Source: Selaginella moellendorffii (lineage: Eukaryota > Plantae > Lycopodiophyta). From it: a DNA stretch of 64,000 nucleotides. Both the position numbers and the translations under genes were made by a program. The stretch spans positions 328,418 through 392,417 of the forward strand of contig NW_003314313.1 of assembly GCF_000143415.4 (NCBI RefSeq), read 5' to 3'. This document shows, one piece after another, positions 1-10,526 of this stretch. How positions within the stretch are numbered: position 1 is the first letter of the stretch; each line of letters begins with the position of its first letter. The notes beneath the pieces were generated by a model. The model did not search any database and was not told the DNA's origin. It saw only the letters and a program-made list of their open reading frames with translations.

Positions 1-40
1 CCTGGTGTAGTTTCTTCTCATCTGTTTTTGTGTGCATAGG

Positions 41-163
41 AATACAAGCTCTAGTAAAAGCTGGTTGTGGCGAAATTCATTCCTGGGAGAGGGGAAGCTG
101 TCAGTGGCTATGATCCCTCCTCAAAGTATTGAAGAGAGAAGCCATAACTCGGAGCAACAATGA
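41..163 (+). other. Possible terminal exon of a gene starting upstream of the window
   Basis: Pyrimidine tract and TAG acceptor at ~40, then an open frame ...SKSWLWRNSFLGEGKLSVAMIPPQSIEERSHNSEQQ*. A diverged copy occurs at ~3895-4000. Product not recognised. Confidence 0.25.
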
Positions 164-316
164 GGTCCGTGTTTCCTCACTTTTGTCTGTCCGTAGCAAA
201 GAGTTACATAGTCTTTCGTTGTTCCAGTGTTTGTACGCAGTTTCTGTTCTTCAATTAGTTTTATGTGTTTATGGCGATGAAATTTCGAGACCGCCTATTC
301 TGCCCTAAAAGATACG

Positions 317-1893
317 ATGTTGGCGGCATTAGCGAGGACATATTACAGCGTCGCACAGCCAAGTGATGACGACTACAACTGCTACAAATCCCTCGTCAAC
401 CTGCTCACTCTTTCCGCGTCGAATACCACATGGACACGATCCTCTACTTCTCCTTCTACCAGCGATTCGCCCGTGTCGCCTCTTCATGGAGAACTTCTTC
501 ATTGCGGACGAGGATCCATACTTCGACTACCCAGGCCCGGCGCCGGGCAAGGAATGGGTGGCGCGACTCTCCCCGCTGCTGGACGAGTGGGACGATCTGC
601 CGACGGAGGAGCTGTGGCCGGCGATGGAGTTTGCGCAGAGGCTGGCGTGTGCTGCCGAGAGGGAAGTCTTTGCCGCGAGCGCGACGAGCTCGACAAGCTT
701 CACAGAGTGGAGGGACGGTGTGCGCACGGTGGCTATGGATATCAATATGCAGTGGGAGTGCGCGGTTTGGGATTTCCGCTTCAAGAGACTGGCAAAGTGC
801 GTGTGGGGGAGCAAACAAGAGTATGATTTTGTTCCCATTGACAAGCTGGACGCCGAGAGCTATTTCAGAGCCAAGGACGTGTGAGGATGTAGTACATCCG
901 AGATCACCGTACGGCTGAGACACGTGGTGACACGTGGTGGATCTGGAGAGTCACGACTCTCACCTCTGTATGTATGGCGATGACGATATCTGAGCAAGAG
1001 AGTTTTTTCTCTTCTTCCTTGGTTTACAACATGGTATCAGAGATCAGGGATTAAATCCTGGGCTGAATGGAGGAGGAAGAGGAGGAAGACGACAAGCCCC
1101 CTGATCTGGAGCGGCTGTGAATTGCAAATATCAAGATGGAAGTTTTCTTGTTTATTTTGTCTTGTGTAGGCAACCCTAAAATGGAGGCGGTTCTTGATCA
1201 AGACTGGCCTGGATTTGAATTGGAAGGGTTGCGGCATTGCTTGCTACCGCTGGAGACGATCTGATGCCCCTGCTGCTACAAGGGAAGGCTTCCTTGGGCT
1301 GGAGATTTTCTGATGCTGCCACGAGGCTTTTGTTCTTCCTGGGAATTGCTGTGCGCAAAGGCCTTGAGGCTGATGGAGAGATCACATTTGAGTGGGGGGA
1401 CATGGAACAAGATGCTGGTTCCTGACGGGTCCTGATACAAGCTGGGCTGTGTGCAAGCTTGGGTACCTTGGAACATGCTGCTACTCTTGTTCAACACCAC
1501 AAGATGCTGATTTCATGAGCTCAGCTTTTCTCGGCTGAGTGGGGGGAGTGAGATAGGTTTCCCAGTGGTTTAGCATTAGTTAGTTTCTTTTTTCTGATCC
1601 AGCCTTCGCACGCTGATCTCGGCTGAGTGGGGGTGTGAGGATGTAGTACATCCGAGATCACCGTACGGCTGAGACACGTGGTGACACGTGGTGGATCTGG
1701 AGAGTCACGACTCTCACCTCTGTATGTATAGCGATGACTATATCTGAGCGAGAGAGTTTTTTCTCTTCTTCCTTGGTTTACAACAGGACGCTCTGGAGCG
1801 AGCACGAAAGGTGGTGGAGGCTGGCGCTCCGAGCTATCCCAGTTTTCTCCCGCTGGCTGAGTCGCAGCTCCCGGTTGTGGCGAGGCTGGCGCG
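317..1893 (+). pseudogene. Disrupted duplicate of the orphan gene at 4168-4977
   Basis: Near-identical to 4168-4925, but with several short deletions and frameshifts, a TRIM inserted at 880-1785 and loss of the 3' end. Confidence 0.85.
880..1785 (+). mobile_element. TRIM (terminal-repeat retrotransposon in miniature), 906 bp
   Basis: 152-bp LTRs TG...CA at 880-1031 and 1634-1785 with 3 substitutions seen. PBS TGGTATCAGAG (tRNA-Met type) at 1032-1042, purine tract GAGTGGGGG before the 3' LTR, TSD GGACG at 875-879 and 1786-1790. The empty site is present in the paralog at ~4821. Confidence 0.95.
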
Positions 1894-1944
1894 GAAGCTC
1901 AGAATAGAAAATGAAAAGTTCAAAATTTTTAAGTGATCTTACCC

Positions 1945-2770
1945 ACGCCATGCGCGAGCGAAATCTCGTCGCCTGGAACGCGATGCTAGAGAATCACGAT
2001 CTGGAAGGCGCCAGCCCGCTGTTCGATTCTGTGCCGCGACATCGTATCCTGGACGGCAATTCTTGTTGCATAGGCAAGACACGGCAGTGTGGAATCCGCG
2101 GGAGAGATCTTCGAGCAGATGCCACAGAGGAACACCATGTCGTGGAACGCGATCCTGGAAGCTTATGCCCAGAATGGGCATCTGGAGGATGCGAGCCTTG
2201 TCTTCGATCGAATGCGACATCGTCTCGTGGAATGGAATGGTAGCGGCGTACACTTACACAAGGCTACCTTCGATTCGATGCCGCAGCCAAACAATCTCTC
2301 CTGGAACACCATTGCCGCGGCGTATGCCCTGGTGGGAAAATCCACCGGAACTCAGCAACTCTTTGACAAAGAACACCGTCTCGTGGAACTCACTCTCGGC
2401 AATGTATGCCCAGTCCGGGCATATCGATCGAGCAATGGAGATCTTCCATGGCATGCTGGCTGCTGGATTGGAACCGGACGAGGTCTCGTTTGTGATCATG
2501 CTCTCGGCTTGCAACCACGCTGGGAAGCTCGATCAAGGATGGAGCTACTTTGCTCTCATGACTGGGGAGTTTAAGCTAGTGCCTTGGGCGGAGCACTACT
2601 AATGCCGCATTCCAGGAGACGAGATCCAGTGCCGGCATTGCATTGAAAATTGCCTTCATGACCTGATTGCCAAGATTGAGTTCCACATTACAACATTGCG
2701 CTTGGGCATGGTGTGGAATAGAGCTTGGGCAGCATTAAATTACCCATATTCCAGTTTTGGGTGGTGGGAG
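1945..2770. pseudogene. Rearranged PPR pseudogene derived from 6835-8574
   Basis: 1945-2600 is the reverse complement of ~7071-7780 with deletions and frameshifts. 2602-2770 matches ~8101-8330 in direct orientation. Confidence 0.85.
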
Positions 2771-4167
2771 TGCTCATAATTTGCTATTCATGTATGATTT
2801 TTCTTTGCAAAGAAATGAGTGATAAAAACTGAGTGATTTTGAATAAAGGTCTTTTGACAAAGTGGTTAGATACAAAAGTATTCTTCATGCACAGTTTAGT
2901 TAAATAAAAAGTATAATTTCAAAAGAAAATGTTTTCTAAAAGGAATTAAAGGTGAAATCTACTTTCTTTCTCAATAATTTTAAGGTCTGCTAACACATAA
3001 TTGTCTTCACTCTCTTAACAACAAAAAATATACTACACAAAAAAAATTAAAATAAAAAATCTTAATAATGCATAAAACATATATATCATACCAAAAGTGC
3101 TCAATGCATTATGTTCAAGAGTATTGTCATTTATAATTCTTTTGTGCTGCCAAATATGTGTATAATATGTAACTTCATTTGCACTAGCTAAATCTATATA
3201 CAACTTATAACTTTTTATTTAAAAACCTTTAACTAAATGAAAAAAAAGGTACACTTTTGTGCATGGGTCATTTCTTTTTATATTTAACCTCAATGGATTG
3301 TCTCTCAGATTATTCTTTTTTGTTACTTATTGTATATGTTATGTTGTAATTTACATGTGATTGTTTGGTGGTTAACAGCTAACAAACAATTATATATTGA
3401 GTTGCCCATATATCAAAGCATGAACATAGAATCCATATGATACATGATACAATAATGTAAAATGCAACTATTACAAACCAATTTACTCATTGTCCATATG
3501 ACACATTCTATAAGGCTCGCAATTATTTACATACTCACAGTTTATACAAGTCTATATGACCAATGAAGTCTCCATTTGTGTAAAGCCATTTTAGAATTTT
3601 AGACATATGCTTTTCCTGGAGCTTAGCCACATCATGCATCGTCAATGTTTTGCGAATTGGCCACTGGTCCATAGTTGAATTTATATCCTAGCATTCGCCA
3701 ACTAGACCAAGAGTTGATGATAGTTACATTAGTCTGAATCTGATTGAAAACCTCCTTTCTTGATAGTTGTATACTGCTAACTTGCATTTAAAAGGCATTT
3801 TGAAAGAGCACCCAATTTTGCAGGGTAAAATGGCAAGAAAATGTCTTCAACTGCCGATCATATTTTATATTACTACATTCATTTCCTGCTCAGAAGTTAG
3901 CTCAAGCAAAAACTGGTTATGGGGAGAGGGGAAGCTGTCACTGGCTATGATCCCTCCTCAAAGTATTGAAGAGAGAAGCCATAACTTGGAGAACAATGAG
4001 GTCCGTGTTTCCTCACTGTTGTCTGTGAGTAGTAAAGAGTTACGCAGCAGAGGCATTTTCTGGTTTTCAATTATTTTTATGTCTTTTGGGGATGGAGACC
4101 ATAAGCTGGGGCGAATATTCAAAACCCTAAATTCCTATTCTGCCCTAAAAGATTTACAGGGGCAACG

Positions 4168-4977
4168 ATGGCGGCTGGATTGGCGGCGTTGGCGGCGTTG
4201 GCGGCATTGGCGAGGAGGAGTCGTCCAGTCCGGGTGAGGAGATATTACAGCGTCGCACAGCCAAGTGATGACGACTACAACTGCTACAAATCCCTCGTCA
4301 ACCTGCTCATGGAGCGTCTCTCTTTCCGCGTCGAATACCACATGGACATGATCCTCGACTTCTCCTTCTACCAGCGATTCGCCCGTGTCGCGACTGGCAG
4401 CGCCCGTGGTCTGAAATACCCGGCTCTCTTCATGGAGAACTTCTTCATTGCGGACGAGGATCCATACTTCGACTACCCAGGCCCGGCACCGGGCAAGGAA
4501 TGGGTGGCGCGCCTCTCCCCGCTGCTGGACGAGTGGGACGATCTGCCGACGAAGGAGCTGTGGCCGGCGATGGAGTTTGCGCAGAGGCTGGCGTGTGCTG
4601 CCGAGAGGGAAGTCTTTGCCGCGAGCGCGACGAGCTCGACAAGCTTCACAGAGTGGAGGGACGGTGTGCGCACGGTGGCTATGGATATCAATATGCAGTG
4701 GGAGTGCGCGGTTTGGGATTTCCGCTTCAAGAGACTGGCAAAGTGTGTGTGGGGGAGCAAACGAGAGTATGATTTTGTTCCCATTGACAAGCTGGACGCC
4801 GAGAGCTATTTCAGAGCCAAGGACGCTCTGGAGCGAGCACGAAAGGTGGTGGAGGCTGGCGCTCCGAGCTTTCCTGGTTTGCTCCCACTGGCTGAGTCGC
4901 AGCTCCCGGTTGTGGCGAGGCTGGTGGAGCACCAAGAGCGGATGCTGGAGGAGGTGAAGAAGGAGCCACTTCGATAA
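4168..4977 (+). CDS. Intronless hypothetical protein, 269 aa, probable mitochondrial presequence
   Basis: Intact ORF. The N-terminus MAAGLAALAALAALARRSRPVRVRRYYS is Ala/Arg-rich with no acidic residues. Telo-box AAACCCTAA at ~4122. No family recognised. Confidence 0.7.
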   Translation: MAAGLAALAALAALARRSRPVRVRRYYSVAQPSDDDYNCYKSLVNLLMERLSFRVEYHMDMILDFSFYQRFARVATGSARGLKYPALFMENFFIADEDPYFDYPGPAPGKEWVARLSPLLDEWDDLPTKELWPAMEFAQRLACAAEREVFAASATSSTSFTEWRDGVRTVAMDINMQWECAVWDFRFKRLAKCVWGSKREYDFVPIDKLDAESYFRAKDALERARKVVEAGAPSFPGLLPLAESQLPVVARLVEHQERMLEEVKKEPLR

Positions 4978-5047
4978 GAAGGATTTCCTTAGAGGACCAT
5001 GAAGTCCTCCACAGATTACAGATTGCTGGTAGACAATAAAATCCCTT

Positions 5048-6070
5048 CTATTTCAGAACTCCTTGTGTGTGCAAGGTTTTCATGAGAGCCTTGCGGACTT
5101 CAATGTTTCCCATTTGCTCCAATTGTCCCGTGGCTTCTGCTACTTGAAGCATGCTCACAGCACGTAATCCTTCAGCTGTCATCATGGTTTTAAACCTTGG
5201 CTCACGAAACCTGTAGTCTTGAGGGTGCACAATCAAATTTTGAGCGTAGTGCACCTTTTTATTCCTGACAACTCTCATGTCGAATTGGTCAAAATATTGT
5301 TGAATACCTTCTGGTGTGAGTTCAGAGAAGCATTCCACTTTAGCCTTGTAAAGAAGCGCTCGTGCAGTAGCCACAGCTTGGCATGGTGTGAGAGGCCATA
5401 CCCAGTTAGGGTCAATTGTACAGCTATCCCTCAAGCCTTTCTTGTCTTTAATTTCAGTGATGTCTTCAAATCTGGATAGCTTCATTATGTGACGAAATTG
5501 CAATTCTACTTGATTGGCATTTGTTTTAGGATAGAATTCCCTCATTTTGAGAAGCAACACATGCTTCATGTAATGTGTAATGCATATATCCAAGAGTTTT
5601 AGAAACTCTTCATGCATTACAATCAATGCCCCTTTGCATATATCACTGTCCCTTGTAGCTTCAGCTTGGAGCAAATACCCAGGAGGGGGAACTGCTGTGG
5701 GAGGAACAAACTCCTGGGAAACAAACCTGTACTTCCAATCTTGAGGCTTCAGAATCATCCGCGTGTTCTCATCCACTACCATAGACACTCTGAACGTGTT
5801 TCCAGGAATTTGCATTTGTTCTTCCCTTTCTGAAGCAAATGCCAAAAGGCTTTTGCTGTACATAGGCATTTTGCACAACAGCCAAGACGCCCTTGCAAAA
5901 TCCCCTTTCTGGTCATATGCTGCGATGTCGGAGCGCCAACAAGCAAGACCCATTTCATTGCGTTCATTGAGTGTCCGCTCATTCCCCCTAAGCCTAGGGA
6001 ATGACATTCTGGACCGTCGCCGTGGGTTGGAGCAGCGAGAAAGCTTCAAGAAATCCTTGTGGCTTTTCAT
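5048..6070 (-). CDS. Intronless hypothetical protein, 340 aa, with one degenerate PPR-like motif
   Basis: Long ORF with an Arg/Ser-rich N-terminus. WRSDIAAYDQKGDFARASWLLCKMP resembles a single PPR repeat. The remainder is not recognised. Confidence 0.6.
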   Translation of the reverse strand: MKSHKDFLKLSRCSNPRRRSRMSFPRLRGNERTLNERNEMGLACWRSDIAAYDQKGDFARASWLLCKMPMYSKSLLAFASEREEQMQIPGNTFRVSMVVDENTRMILKPQDWKYRFVSQEFVPPTAVPPPGYLLQAEATRDSDICKGALIVMHEEFLKLLDICITHYMKHVLLLKMREFYPKTNANQVELQFRHIMKLSRFEDITEIKDKKGLRDSCTIDPNWVWPLTPCQAVATARALLYKAKVECFSELTPEGIQQYFDQFDMRVVRNKKVHYAQNLIVHPQDYRFREPRFKTMMTAEGLRAVSMLQVAEATGQLEQMGNIEVRKALMKTLHTQGVLK

Positions 6071-6834
6071 GACTGCAAATGCCCGAAAGAGGAGTGCAAA
6101 GCTAGGGCTTAGCAGCTATGGCGTCAGCATGACAAGAGCATTCCTGCCATGGCAGCGATGCCTGGGAGGTGCCCAGGCTCTGGGACGGGACAGGACGTGC
6201 TATACATTCTCGCTTGCTGCGATCCGGACGATCACTTTCTTTTTCTCATTGATGTAGCTGAGAGAAAAGAGGAGTCCGAGCGTACTCAAGGATTCTCTGG
6301 AGCCTCAAACTTTCGTCTGCTTCGCTTGAGTGACGCTGTAAACTTCCGAACTAGATTTTTGGCAGAATGGGGAAATTCTACCTTTCGTAATGTTTTCTCC
6401 AAATACAAAGGTGTGGAATTCTGAGCTACTTTGGGAACCAATGTAAATCCTTGGGTTGTTTCCAGCTGCTGGCATCGAATCGCTTAATTACAGCTTAATC
6501 TATCGAAAGCCAGAGCAAAACAGCGTCAACCAAGCCTGTGATCACACTTATTCGCCAATCGCTCAAGATCTCACGGGTGTCTTGAGATCTACCAAACGGA
6601 CCCAAGCCTACGGAGTTCTACTCTTTTCTCTTGCAGTTTGTAACTCTCTTGTGCTAAACACGCACCAGCAACTGGGACAAAAGCATGGCAACACATCTTC
6701 TTTCTTCTCTGGTAGAGCCTTGGAATTTATAACGATCTCAATTTACTGAAAAAGTGGACGACATTGCCATCTTGAAAGAATCTTCCAAGTTTAAAAAAAT
6801 TTGAGAATATAAAATTTCAAAAATTCAAAAGTTT

Positions 6835-8574
6835 TCAAGTGATCTTACCCCAGAGATTGCACAGCAATACATAAGGAGCAGCATTTCCTGGCTCAATCTC
6901 AAACGCGTTCTTGGCTGCTTGATTCCCTCGCTCCATCTCTTGCTCTTGCGGCACACACACCGCTACCAAAGATCCCCAAACCTTGCTATCTGGAACAAAA
7001 GGCATGTTGCTGACCAGACTCTCAGCCAGCTTGAGCTGCCCGACCCGCCGAAGAACATCCACCATGCAGTAGTAGTGCTCCGCCCAAGGCACCAGCTTAA
7101 ACTCCCCAGTCATGAGAGCAAAGTAGCTCCACCCTCGATCGAGCTTCCCGGCGTGGCTGCAAGCCGAGAGCATGATCACGAACGAGACCTCGTCCGGTTC
7201 CAATCCAGCAGCCAGCATGCCGTGGAAGATCTCCATTGCTCGATCGATATGCCCGGACTGGGCATAAGTTGCCGAGAGTGAGTTCCACGAGACGGTGTTC
7301 TTCCCTGGCATGGTGTCAAAGAGACGCTGAGCTATGGTGGATTTCCCCGCCAGGGCATACGCCGCGGCGATGGTGTTCCAGGAGAGATTGTTGCGCTGCG
7401 GCATCGAATCGAAGGTGGCCTTGGCTTGGATCACCATTTTCCTGTGAGTGTACGCCGCTACCATTCCATTCCACGAGACGATGTCCCTGTGAGGCATTCG
7501 ATCGAAGACAAGGGTCGCATCCTCCAGATGCCCATTCTGGGCATAAGCTTCCAGCATCGCGTTCCATGAAACAGTGTTCCTCTGTGGCATCTGCTCGAAG
7601 ATCTCTCTCGCGGATTCCACACTGCCCTGTTTTGCCAATGCCACAAGCATCGCCGTCCAGGACACGACGTCGCGGCACGGCATCGAATCGAACACCGCGC
7701 TGGCGCCTTTTAGATCGTGATTCTCGGCAAATGCCGCTAGCATCGCGTTCCAGGCGACGAGATTTCGCTCGGGCATGGCGTCGAAGAGCTCCTTCGCCTG
7801 GGAAAGATCCGACCTCTGCGAGTGCGCCGATAGAATTGCCGTCCAGGAGATGATATTTCGCCACGGCATCGCATCGAAGAGCTCCCTGGCGCCGTGGATC
7901 TGCCCCTTCTCGCCGAAACCCTGGATCATCGTGTTCCAGGACACCACATTCTTGTCCGGGAGGCCCCAAAACATGATCTCTGCCTCGCGGATCTGCCCGG
8001 CCAGCAAGAACGCCTGGATCATCGTGTTCCAGGACACGAGATCGCGCTGCGGCATGCGATCAAACATCTCCTTGGCCGCCGCAAGGTGCCCTGCCTGGGA
8101 GAATGCCGCGATCATACCATTCCAGGAGACGAGATCCGGCGCCGGCATCGCATTGAAGATCGCCTTCATCGCCTGGAAATCCTCGCGCGCCGCCTCCATC
8201 GCCAGGATCGAGTTCCACGCCACGACGTCGCGCTCGGGCATGGCGTGGAATAGAGCTTGGGCGGCATCAAATTGCCCGTTGTGGGTATATGCCGCGATGA
8301 GTATATTCCAGCTGTGGGTGTTGGGGTGGGAGATGCCGTCGAATATCTCGCGCGCCTCGTCCATGCCGCCCGCCTTGCCGTACATCTCCATGAGGAGATT
8401 GGCGAGGAATCTATTAGGCCAGAGAGGACTGTCTAGAACTCGAGCGTGAATTTGTCTGGCGATGTTTAGATCTTTGGAGCTCGAGTGGGATCTTACAAGC
8501 GCTGCCAGGGATTGGAGCTGCTGCTGCTGTAGCAAATTCTCTACTGCCGATGAACTGGGCGATCGGGAAACCAT
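6835..8574 (-). CDS. PLS-class pentatricopeptide repeat protein with partial E domain, no DYW
   Basis: Tandem ~31-aa repeats (VSWNxMIxAF...A..MFDxMPxRD), then PDEVSF..MLSACSHAG, EHYYCMVDVL and an E-like PDSKVWGSL...EPGNAAPYVLLCN. Confidence 0.93.
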   Translation of the reverse strand: MVSRSPSSSAVENLLQQQQLQSLAALVRSHSSSKDLNIARQIHARVLDSPLWPNRFLANLLMEMYGKAGGMDEAREIFDGISHPNTHSWNILIAAYTHNGQFDAAQALFHAMPERDVVAWNSILAMEAAREDFQAMKAIFNAMPAPDLVSWNGMIAAFSQAGHLAAAKEMFDRMPQRDLVSWNTMIQAFLLAGQIREAEIMFWGLPDKNVVSWNTMIQGFGEKGQIHGARELFDAMPWRNIISWTAILSAHSQRSDLSQAKELFDAMPERNLVAWNAMLAAFAENHDLKGASAVFDSMPCRDVVSWTAMLVALAKQGSVESAREIFEQMPQRNTVSWNAMLEAYAQNGHLEDATLVFDRMPHRDIVSWNGMVAAYTHRKMVIQAKATFDSMPQRNNLSWNTIAAAYALAGKSTIAQRLFDTMPGKNTVSWNSLSATYAQSGHIDRAMEIFHGMLAAGLEPDEVSFVIMLSACSHAGKLDRGWSYFALMTGEFKLVPWAEHYYCMVDVLRRVGQLKLAESLVSNMPFVPDSKVWGSLVAVCVPQEQEMERGNQAAKNAFEIEPGNAAPYVLLCNLWGKIT

Positions 8575-8603
8575 CGCCCAGTTGATAGTTTTGATGGAGA
8601 TTC

Positions 8604-10243
8604 TTAGCTGAGGTAGCGGAGAAGAACACCATCGTTGCCTAGGACGAAGCCTTTTTTGTTGTCGAGGAACCTGTGATTGTTTTAGACGGAAGTGAGATTA
8701 AAAATTTTAGAAGCGAGAAGAGCTTACTTGACAGAGTATAAGTTGGCAGCAATGCTGTCCGCGACTCTATCTCGGCTCCAAGTGTTTCCTCCATCGGTTG
8801 TCTTGAGCAGCATGCCACTTCCACCGGCAGCCCAAGCTTCGTCCTGGTAGAAAACAAAAACACATTTTCAATTCTATCGTTCCAGTGCTGACATTCACAC
8901 CTTAGACCGGTATCCCAAGTCTAAAATCCCGAATCCCCTGCTTGGAATGCTGGCCTCTTCGAAATCCTCGCACACCTTTTTAAAACATCAAACATCAAAC
9001 ATCCAAAAAAGAAAGATAAACGAGAAGGAAACTTACACCCGAGCATTTCCCAAGGTAGAGACCACCTCCACGAACAACAAGCCAAAGACCACCATCAGCA
9101 CGCCATCCCATGTTTTGAATGCGTCGGGCACTCCTCCTGTTGTGAGGTTGCCAGTAAGGCTGAACCACGAAAACAGATCAACACCGTGACTTGCAGCTTA
9201 AGATCACAACCATTTACCTGGCCGGGCTCCCAGGTCATATAGAAGTTGCCCCTGCTAGACACCGCAACGTAGTCACCTTGTGGTGAGCGATTCACTGTGT
9301 TGAAAGTTCCCGTGTAGTAACTAGCTCCACTGATTCCACTTGACACAGTTCTGGCAGATCATCTAACACAACTCAATAAACTTCCAATCGCTAGAGGAAC
9401 AAAAAAATGCTTCTCTTTACCTGTTAAGCGTTGCCGAGACCGTCTCCTCCACTGCGGCCTTCCAGTTGTAACCAGCATTGGATGTTACATAGATCGCTCC
9501 TTCGTCGGTGACCATCTCGGCTTGCTTGTCTCCAGTTGCTTGAATCACCACCTGGAAATGGAAAGCAAAAAGAGCGTATGAATGAGAGCGCCAAGAACAA
9601 CACTTCTCTAGATGCTAGAACTTAACTGGATTGCCAGGAAGCCGAGAGCTCAAGGGAATTCTCTCCCAGGTCTCGCCAGCATTGGATGTGTGGAGAAGAA
9701 TCGCGGGCTTTCCAATGATCCATCCTTCCTTGCCTTTGAAGCTGATGGAATTAAACCTGTAGTTGAAATCCTCCTCCTCGGCGGATGCAACGCTCCTGGG
9801 AGCCCACGATCTTCCACCGTCCTTGGTTTCCAGCAGCGTTTGCCTCGTCCCGAGCAAGAATCCTGCCAGGAACACCGATATTTCGGAAAATTCAGCGCCA
9901 TTAACCGATACAAACCTCGATTCGGCTCGTCCGGGACGAAGGAAAGATCGAGAAGAACAACGCCGGGATCAATCGGCAGCGGGACCTTCTCCCATTGCGA
10001 CAGCTGCTCCTCGGCCGCGGACGACCTCAGCGTCGGCAATGCGATCACCAAGCCAGCGCTAGCAGCGGCGCCGCCAAGGAAGCTCCGCCTGCCACCACAG
10101 CCGACCGAAGAACCCTGATTTTGATCGCTGGAGGAAGAACACGACGCTCTTGCGAATGCTGCGCGCTGGGACGACGCCGCCGTCGACGAGCGATTGCGCG
10201 GGAGCGCGAGACCTGCGAATTGCTGCGACGAGGCGGCAGCCAT
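8604..10243 (-). CDS. HCF136: Photosystem II stability/assembly factor HCF136 (Ycf48), multi-exon
   Basis: Transit peptide with twin-Arg RRSFL. Motifs [60 protein letters not shown] and C-terminal [15 protein letters not shown] (TAA at 8604-8606). Alternative ATG at 10267. Confidence 0.95.
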
Positions 10244-10526
10244 AGCCGATCTCCCTAGACCGCTCATATAAAGAGATGAGGATTATAAACAAGAGAACAA
10301 ACCAAGGCACAAAGAAAAAAGATCCAAGGCTTAAGTACGTAAAAGAAGAAAAAAAAAACACTACGTAGAAACCTTCGCAAGCAAGAAAAAAATCACGTAG
10401 AAACCTTTCGACGTAGTAGATCATACCCATAAAAATTTGTTTTCCACTGCTGCCCCGCCCGGTATGAAAAGGTAAAAAAGAAAGAAATTTACCCACCACC
10501 CGGAATTAAAGGTAGATCGCCACTTT

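Noticed and set aside
880-1031. Cassandra-type (5S rRNA-bearing) identity for either TRIM
   Set aside because: No similarity to the 5S rRNA core was seen in either LTR.
7236-8449. Long antisense and alternate-frame ORFs over the PPR genes
   Set aside because: Expected by-products of GC-rich repetitive coding sequence.
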